NCBI GenBank assembly: GCA_965199715.1 | Contig: OZ241322.1 | Coordinates: 1,056,001 to 1,120,000 of the forward strand | Length of the DNA stretch: 64,000 nt | From: Vicinamibacteria bacterium | GTDB lineage: Bacteria; Acidobacteriota; Vicinamibacteria; Marinacidobacterales; Marinacidobacteraceae | Direction: 5' to 3' | Part shown: positions 59,034-64,000 of the stretch, piece after piece | How positions within the stretch are numbered: position 1 is the stretch's first letter | Layout of the letters: every line of letters starts with the position of its first letter | The notes under the pieces: model-generated | The model's input: the letters and a program-made list of their open reading frames with translations, nothing else | Told to the model about the DNA's origin: nothing | Databases searched by the model: none | Position numbers and translations under genes: made by a program

Positions 59034-60083
59034 ATGGATCGCGCCCATGCGGACCGCATCGGCGCCCTCATGGCCCGTCTTCCCTTCGACCTCGATCCGG
59101 ACATGGAAGCGACCGGCCGTCCGCCGACGATGGCCGGGTCGCAGTTCCTGACGAATCGAGAACAGGGCGACTGGGCGGAGGAGATCCTCCACGACGCGAC
59201 CAACGGCCATTCGCCGGACTACGCGGCGGTCCGGTATGGGCGGGCGGAGTCGCTTCCGGCCGACGATCCCGGTTTCCCCAAGCACTTCGCGGACTACGTC
59301 GCCGAACTGAACGCCGTCGGCAAGAAACCCGACCTGCTCGTCGTTTCCCGGCGAGCCGGCGGCGCGACCGAACCCGCGGAGCGCGCGGTCGCCGGACTCG
59401 AAGTCCGCTCCAGCAGCTTTCTCGCGGACAAGTACGCCCGCTTCATGCGCAGCCGCAACACGGCCGCCGAAGCCGAGTGCCTTCGCCTTCAAGCCATCGT
59501 GCTCGGCGATCCCTACGGACCGCTTCTCCGCGAGAAAGCGCCGGAGACCCACGACCTGCTCTCGCGCGCCACGCGAGGGACGTTTCGGGAGATCACCTTC
59601 CGCGCCCGCAACCGGTCCTCGTCGGCGGCCCTGCGCGAGCTCAGCGAGCACCTCCGGGCGCTGCGGACCGAGATCCGGACCCTACACAAGCGGGACTACC
59701 TGAGCATCACGCCGAAGCTGGAGGATCTCGTCCTGGTGAACCGTTGGATCCAGCGGTTCGGCGTGCCGCACTACTACGTGCAAGCGTTCTTCGACAGGGC
59801 GTTCGTGATCTCGTTCGAAAGCATCCTGCGCATCGTCGCCCGCCCTGAATGGGAGGGCGAGAAGTTCTCCGTCGAGCGCGACGTCAAGAACCAGCAGAAG
59901 ACGACGCTCAAGATCGACGTCGGCGTCGGGCGGGAACTCGTGGGACGCATCGACTTCCCGAGTCACGAGTCGGCGTTGAGAGAGCTCGAGCGCGGACGGC
60001 TCCTCTTCTACGTCAGATTCCGCGGCGGGAGGGGCTATCTCGACGCGGACGCCTTCGAGCAGGAGATCGTCGGTGGGCGTTGA
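59034..60083 (+). CDS. AccI-family type II restriction endonuclease
   Basis: FLTNREQGDWAE, GKKPDLL, EVRSS.F, LSITPK.ED and YYVQAFFD motifs. It overlaps a DNA methyltransferase gene. Confidence 0.8.
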   Translation: MDRAHADRIGALMARLPFDLDPDMEATGRPPTMAGSQFLTNREQGDWAEEILHDATNGHSPDYAAVRYGRAESLPADDPGFPKHFADYVAELNAVGKKPDLLVVSRRAGGATEPAERAVAGLEVRSSSFLADKYARFMRSRNTAAEAECLRLQAIVLGDPYGPLLREKAPETHDLLSRATRGTFREITFRARNRSSSAALRELSEHLRALRTEIRTLHKRDYLSITPKLEDLVLVNRWIQRFGVPHYYVQAFFDRAFVISFESILRIVARPEWEGEKFSVERDVKNQQKTTLKIDVGVGRELVGRIDFPSHESALRELERGRLLFYVRFRGGRGYLDADAFEQEIVGGR

Positions 60084-61590
60084 CGCCTCCCGCTACGCGG
60101 CGATCGTCGGGGAGGAGCACCGGCGCAGGTTCGGCCAGTACTTCACTCCGCCCGCCGTCGCCCGGTTCATGGTGGACTGGGCGCTCGGCGGCGGGGCGAA
60201 GTCGATCCACGATCCGGGCTTCGGCCTCGGCGCGTTCCTCGACGCGGCGGACGGGCGGGGGGCGCGCTTTTCGGCGAGCGAGGTGGATCGGCGGGCCGTG
60301 CGCTTCTTCCAGGAGTCCTCGCACCGATGGAACGGCGAGCTTCGGGAGGAGGACTACCTGCTCGTCTGGGGCCGCCGATTCGACGCGATCGTCTGCAATC
60401 CGCCGTACCTGCGATTCCAGCGCTTTCGCGACCGGCACGCCATCCTGGCCGGCTTCCGCAAGAATCTGGGGTTTCGGCTATCCGGATACACGAACTCGGC
60501 CTCGGCGTTCCTCGTCAAGTCGCTGTCGGAACTGACCCCGGGAGGCAGGCTCGCCTACGTGACGCCGCTGGAGTTCCTGAACACCGGCTACGGGATGGGG
60601 GTCAAGGAACGGCTCCTCGCGAGCGGCGCTTCCCTGAGCCTGATCCAGCTCGACTGCGAGAAGGACGTGTTCCCGGACGTCATCACGTCCGTCGGGATCG
60701 TGCTGCTGGACACGGGCGCCGCGGCCGACGCGGTGCGGTTCCATTCGGTGCGATCGCTCGAGGAGCTCGAGGAAACGCTCGGCGGGCCGCCCATCGCTTC
60801 CGTCCCGACCGCTGATCTCCGCCCGGAAGAGCGGTGGATTCCTCACTTCACGGCGCGGTCGATTCGGCCGGACCGCACTCGCGTGGGGTCCATCCTCCAA
60901 TACGGCCGTTTCACCCGAGGCATCGCGACCGGCGCCAACGACTTCTTCGTCATGCGACCTTCCCGCGCCCGCGCGCTGTCGCTCGAAGCGGAGGAGACCG
61001 CCCGGTGCATCACCAAGAGTCGGCAAGTCCGCAGCGCGGTCTTCACGAAGCGCGATCTCGCCGCGCTCGCCGACAAGGACGATCCGGTCCTCTTCTTCCG
61101 GGCGGGGCCGCGCCCGAGTCCGCCGGCGGCGACCTACATCGCCCACGGAGAGGAGCGGGGCCTGCATCGCCGCTACCTCCTGCGGCAGCGCCGTCCGTGG
61201 TTCAAGAGCGAGACCCGGAATCCGGCGCCGCTGCTGCTCGGCGTCTTCTCGCGGGGCGACTACAAGGTGGTTCTCAACCGGAGCGGGGCGCTCAACCTGA
61301 CGTGCTTCCACGGCTTCGTCCCGCGGCTGCTCGGGCGGAACTACGTGGATCGGTTGTTCCTGTACCTCATCTCCGAGACCGGGCGCGACCTCATGGCCGA
61401 CCTCGCCCGGCGTTACGGCGATTCGCTCGTCAAGTACGAGCCGCACGACCTGAACGACGCGCCCGTTCCCGTGCCGGAGGTGCTCGACCAGCTCGGTGCG
61501 GACGAAGTGGCCGACGCCGTGGTGCGCGTCCGCGCCGGAGCGGGCCTGCCCTCGGCCGTCGAGAACCGCTTCCGGGCGCTCGTGGCCTGA
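60073..61590 (+). CDS. Gamma-class N6-adenine DNA methyltransferase (M.AccI/TaqI-like)
   Basis: FGQYFTP, DPGFGLG motif I, NPPY motif IV and RGIATGAN.FF. Confidence 0.9.
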   Translation: MGVDASRYAAIVGEEHRRRFGQYFTPPAVARFMVDWALGGGAKSIHDPGFGLGAFLDAADGRGARFSASEVDRRAVRFFQESSHRWNGELREEDYLLVWGRRFDAIVCNPPYLRFQRFRDRHAILAGFRKNLGFRLSGYTNSASAFLVKSLSELTPGGRLAYVTPLEFLNTGYGMGVKERLLASGASLSLIQLDCEKDVFPDVITSVGIVLLDTGAAADAVRFHSVRSLEELEETLGGPPIASVPTADLRPEERWIPHFTARSIRPDRTRVGSILQYGRFTRGIATGANDFFVMRPSRARALSLEAEETARCITKSRQVRSAVFTKRDLAALADKDDPVLFFRAGPRPSPPAATYIAHGEERGLHRRYLLRQRRPWFKSETRNPAPLLLGVFSRGDYKVVLNRSGALNLTCFHGFVPRLLGRNYVDRLFLYLISETGRDLMADLARRYGDSLVKYEPHDLNDAPVPVPEVLDQLGADEVADAVVRVRAGAGLPSAVENRFRALVA

Positions 61591-61600
61591 GGCCCGCCCG

Positions 61601-62662
61601 TCAGAGGGTCAGCGCGTCGGCCGACGGAGGCCCCACGAGGCGGGCGAGGGCCGCGTTGAACGGCCCGGCCTCGAGGAAGTAGTTGGGGTACGCCTCCCGC
61701 AGGTCGTTCGCGGACGTCGTCGAGACGAGGCAGACCTGAAAGCCGGCGCGGCCCTCGTGCTCCGCTTCCAGCTCGAGGTACCGGGCCTGCGCCTCCTCCA
61801 ACTGGTGGTTGTGCCATGGGGTCACGTCGATCTTCCGGGCGCCCGCGTCGAGCATCATGAGGTACCAGTCGGCGTCCGTCTCGAAGGCGGCGTGGTGGAG
61901 CCTTCCCCCCAGCCCGATCAGGATGTCCCAGACGTTGAGCCGGCGCACCAGGTCCTGAACCTCCTCCCGCAACTCCGGCAGCGCGGCCGGGGTCATGGGC
62001 ACTGGCGGACGTTCCTCCTCGAGCGCGAGCACGCTGCCCATGAGGCTGAAGAAGCGGTCCCAGTCCCCGTTGGCGAGCCCGCTGGTCTTGATCGACGTGC
62101 CGGCGAGGGCGTCCACCGTCTCGACCGCCGTGGCCCATGAATGCTGGTGCTTCGAGCGCGCCTGAATCTCGACGCGCAGGCCGTTCCAGTCCACGTCGTC
62201 GGGGTCGGCGTTCCGGTAGCGGAACACGAGATGGACGCTGCGGTATCCAGTGGGCTTGGGTTCGGCGATGTAGTCGTACACGCGGGCCAGGCCGTGCCGG
62301 TCCCCGACCTCGCGCAACCGGGCGACGAGGCTCTCGGCGGCGGCGGACGAACCGAGGATCGCGCGGCAGCCGCCGAGGTCGTGCATGCGCGACAACTTCA
62401 TCCGCGGGAACCGCCGCAGCTTCGACTCGACGGAAGCGATGCGCTTGAGCCGCTCGGCGATCAGGACTTCCGGGTCGGTATCCCGCGCGCAGTCCTCGAG
62501 AAGCCCGCGGATCACGCGGAGCGGATGCCCGTGCACGCCCCGCCACTCCTCCACGACCTGCCGCGCCCGCTCCCGATCCGCGTCGCCGGGCGCGGTGACC
62601 GCCAGAAGGCGTCCGGCCGCGTCCACTTCGCGGCGGCTTCGCGTCGGGCGGCGGTACTCCAT
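61601..62662 (-). CDS. Fused CapRel-like toxSAS (RelA/SpoT synthetase plus C-terminal antitoxin domain)
   Basis: RLKR..S...KL, DLGGCRAI, DYI..PK..GYRSVH, EIQ.R...QHSWATAVE and a C-terminal AYPNYF (YxxY). Confidence 0.85.
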   Translation of the reverse strand: MEYRRPTRSRREVDAAGRLLAVTAPGDADRERARQVVEEWRGVHGHPLRVIRGLLEDCARDTDPEVLIAERLKRIASVESKLRRFPRMKLSRMHDLGGCRAILGSSAAAESLVARLREVGDRHGLARVYDYIAEPKPTGYRSVHLVFRYRNADPDDVDWNGLRVEIQARSKHQHSWATAVETVDALAGTSIKTSGLANGDWDRFFSLMGSVLALEEERPPVPMTPAALPELREEVQDLVRRLNVWDILIGLGGRLHHAAFETDADWYLMMLDAGARKIDVTPWHNHQLEEAQARYLELEAEHEGRAGFQVCLVSTTSANDLREAYPNYFLEAGPFNAALARLVGPPSADALTL

Positions 62663-62673
62663 GACGACTGCGA

Positions 62674-64000
62674 TTATCGCCGCTGCAGCTCCCGGCGCAG
62701 TTCCACGCACAGCCCGAACCCGATGACCGCTGATCCGACGGCGATCGGCAGGCCGGTCGTCACCGCCGCCGCCTGAAGCGATTCGAGGCTGCCGCCGAGC
62801 AGCAGGACGACCGCGATCGCCCCTTCCGTCAGGCACCAGAAGACGCGCTGCGCGGTCGGGGCGTCCAGCTTGCCGCCGGCGGTGATCGAGTCGATCACGA
62901 GCGAACCCGAGTCGGACGAGGTCACGAAGAAGATGACCGTCAACAGGATCGCGACGATCGACAGCGCCACCGAGAACGGCAGCGCCTCGAAGAGCCGGAA
63001 GAGCGCGAGCTCGGGCCGGGCCTCCCGCACCGCGTCCGCCGCGCCCGCGTATCCCCCGTCCACGTACTGGTGGAGCGCCGCGCCGCCGAAGACGCTCATC
63101 CAGACCACGGCCAGCAACGTCGGCGCGGCGAGCAGGAACGCGAGCATCTCCCGAACGGTGCGTCCCCGTGAGATGCGGGCGATGAAGATCGCGACCACCG
63201 GCGTCCACGCGAACCACCAGGCGAAATAGAAGGCGCTCCACTCCTGCAAGAAGGCCGTGTCCGAGCGCCCGACCCAGTTGCTCAGCGGAACCAGGTACGC
63301 GGCGTAGGCGACGAGGCTGCGGACGAACGCGCCGGCGATCGCGGCGGCCGGGCCGAGCGCGACGACGAGAAGCATCAGCCCGACCGCGAGCGTGATGTTC
63401 CACTCGCTCAGGCGGCGGACGCCCGCGTCGAGGCCCGAGAGGACCGAGACGAGCGCGATGAGAGTGACGACCGAGACGATGGCCACGCCGACGACGTCCG
63501 TGGCCGGGACTCCGAAGAGGTACTCGAGCCCGCCCGAGATCTGCCGCGCGCCCAGCCCGAGCGAGGTCGCCAGACCGAAGATCGTCGCGAAGACGGTCAC
63601 GAAGTCGACGCAGTGGCCCCAAAAGCCCCAGACCGCGTCGCCCAGCACCGGATGGAACGCGGACCGCAGCGCCAGCGGATACCCACGGTTCCACGCGAAG
63701 TACGCGAGGGCGAGCGCCGAAATCCCGTAGATCGCCCAGCCGTGAACGCCCCAGTGGAAGAGGGTGGCGGCGATCGCGAGTCCCTCCTCGGGCGGGGCGC
63801 CGAGCGGCGGGAACAGGAAGTGCTGCATCGGCTCGGCCACGCCGAAGAACATGAGTCCGATGCCGATGCCGGCGGCGAAGAGCATCGCGCCCCACGTCAG
63901 CCGCGAGTACTTCGGTCGTGCGTCCGGCCCGCCGATCCGGATCCGCCCGAGCGGCGCGACGATCAGGAACAAACAGAACAGCAGCGCGAGGTTGGCGCTG
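62674..64000 (-). CDS. BCCT family (betaine/carnitine/choline) transporter, 5'-truncated by the window edge
   Basis: W.AMLFAAGIGIGLMFFGVAEP, FHWG.H.WAIY, ARISRGRTVRE and FFVTSSDS motifs. Confidence 0.93.
   Translation of the reverse strand, partial: SANLALLFCLFLIVAPLGRIRIGGPDARPKYSRLTWGAMLFAAGIGIGLMFFGVAEPMQHFLFPPLGAPPEEGLAIAATLFHWGVHGWAIYGISALALAYFAWNRGYPLALRSAFHPVLGDAVWGFWGHCVDFVTVFATIFGLATSLGLGARQISGGLEYLFGVPATDVVGVAIVSVVTLIALVSVLSGLDAGVRRLSEWNITLAVGLMLLVVALGPAAAIAGAFVRSLVAYAAYLVPLSNWVGRSDTAFLQEWSAFYFAWWFAWTPVVAIFIARISRGRTVREMLAFLLAAPTLLAVVWMSVFGGAALHQYVDGGYAGAADAVREARPELALFRLFEALPFSVALSIVAILLTVIFFVTSSDSGSLVIDSITAGGKLDAPTAQRVFWCLTEGAIAVVLLLGGSLESLQAAAVTTGLPIAVGSAVIGFGLCVELRRELQRR

Noticed and set aside
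1-64000. CRISPR array, IS element, prophage or rRNA
   Set aside because: I saw no regularly spaced repeats and no transposase, phage structural or rRNA-like sequence.

Overview
A gene-dense, very GC-rich bacterial window. It is probably from Acidobacteriota, inferred from the Acidobacterial-type VWA protein, the sulfatase-TPR protein, the DUF5916 protein and the split F0 atp cluster. About 50 CDS and one tRNA-Val(TAC) are supported. Core and metabolic genes include a GspE/PilB ATPase, HU, tmk, holB, tsaD, mtnA, nuoL-nuoM-atpZ-atpI-atpB-atpE, dgt, MogA/MoaB, a DksA-like protein, a Gld-like ABC exporter, ALDH7, Dcp and a BCCT transporter. There are two defence clusters. Cluster one (about 41.9-51.6 kb) holds a type III RM whose mod gene is out of frame at a G12 tract, a lower-GC translationally coupled three-gene operon of unknown function that looks like a chaperone/antitoxin/ART-like-toxin module, and three Phd antitoxins around a broken VapC. 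Cluster two (59.0-62.7 kb) holds an AccI-like type II RM and a fused CapRel-like toxSAS. Other highlights are an R. rubrum-type RuBisCO-like protein fused to a cupin near mtnA (MTA-isoprenoid shunt), an EgtB homolog lacking two of three iron ligands, three coupled genes apparently lacking a canonical start codon, and window-wide avoidance of GTMKAC. All family assignments come from motif recognition by eye; no searches were run.
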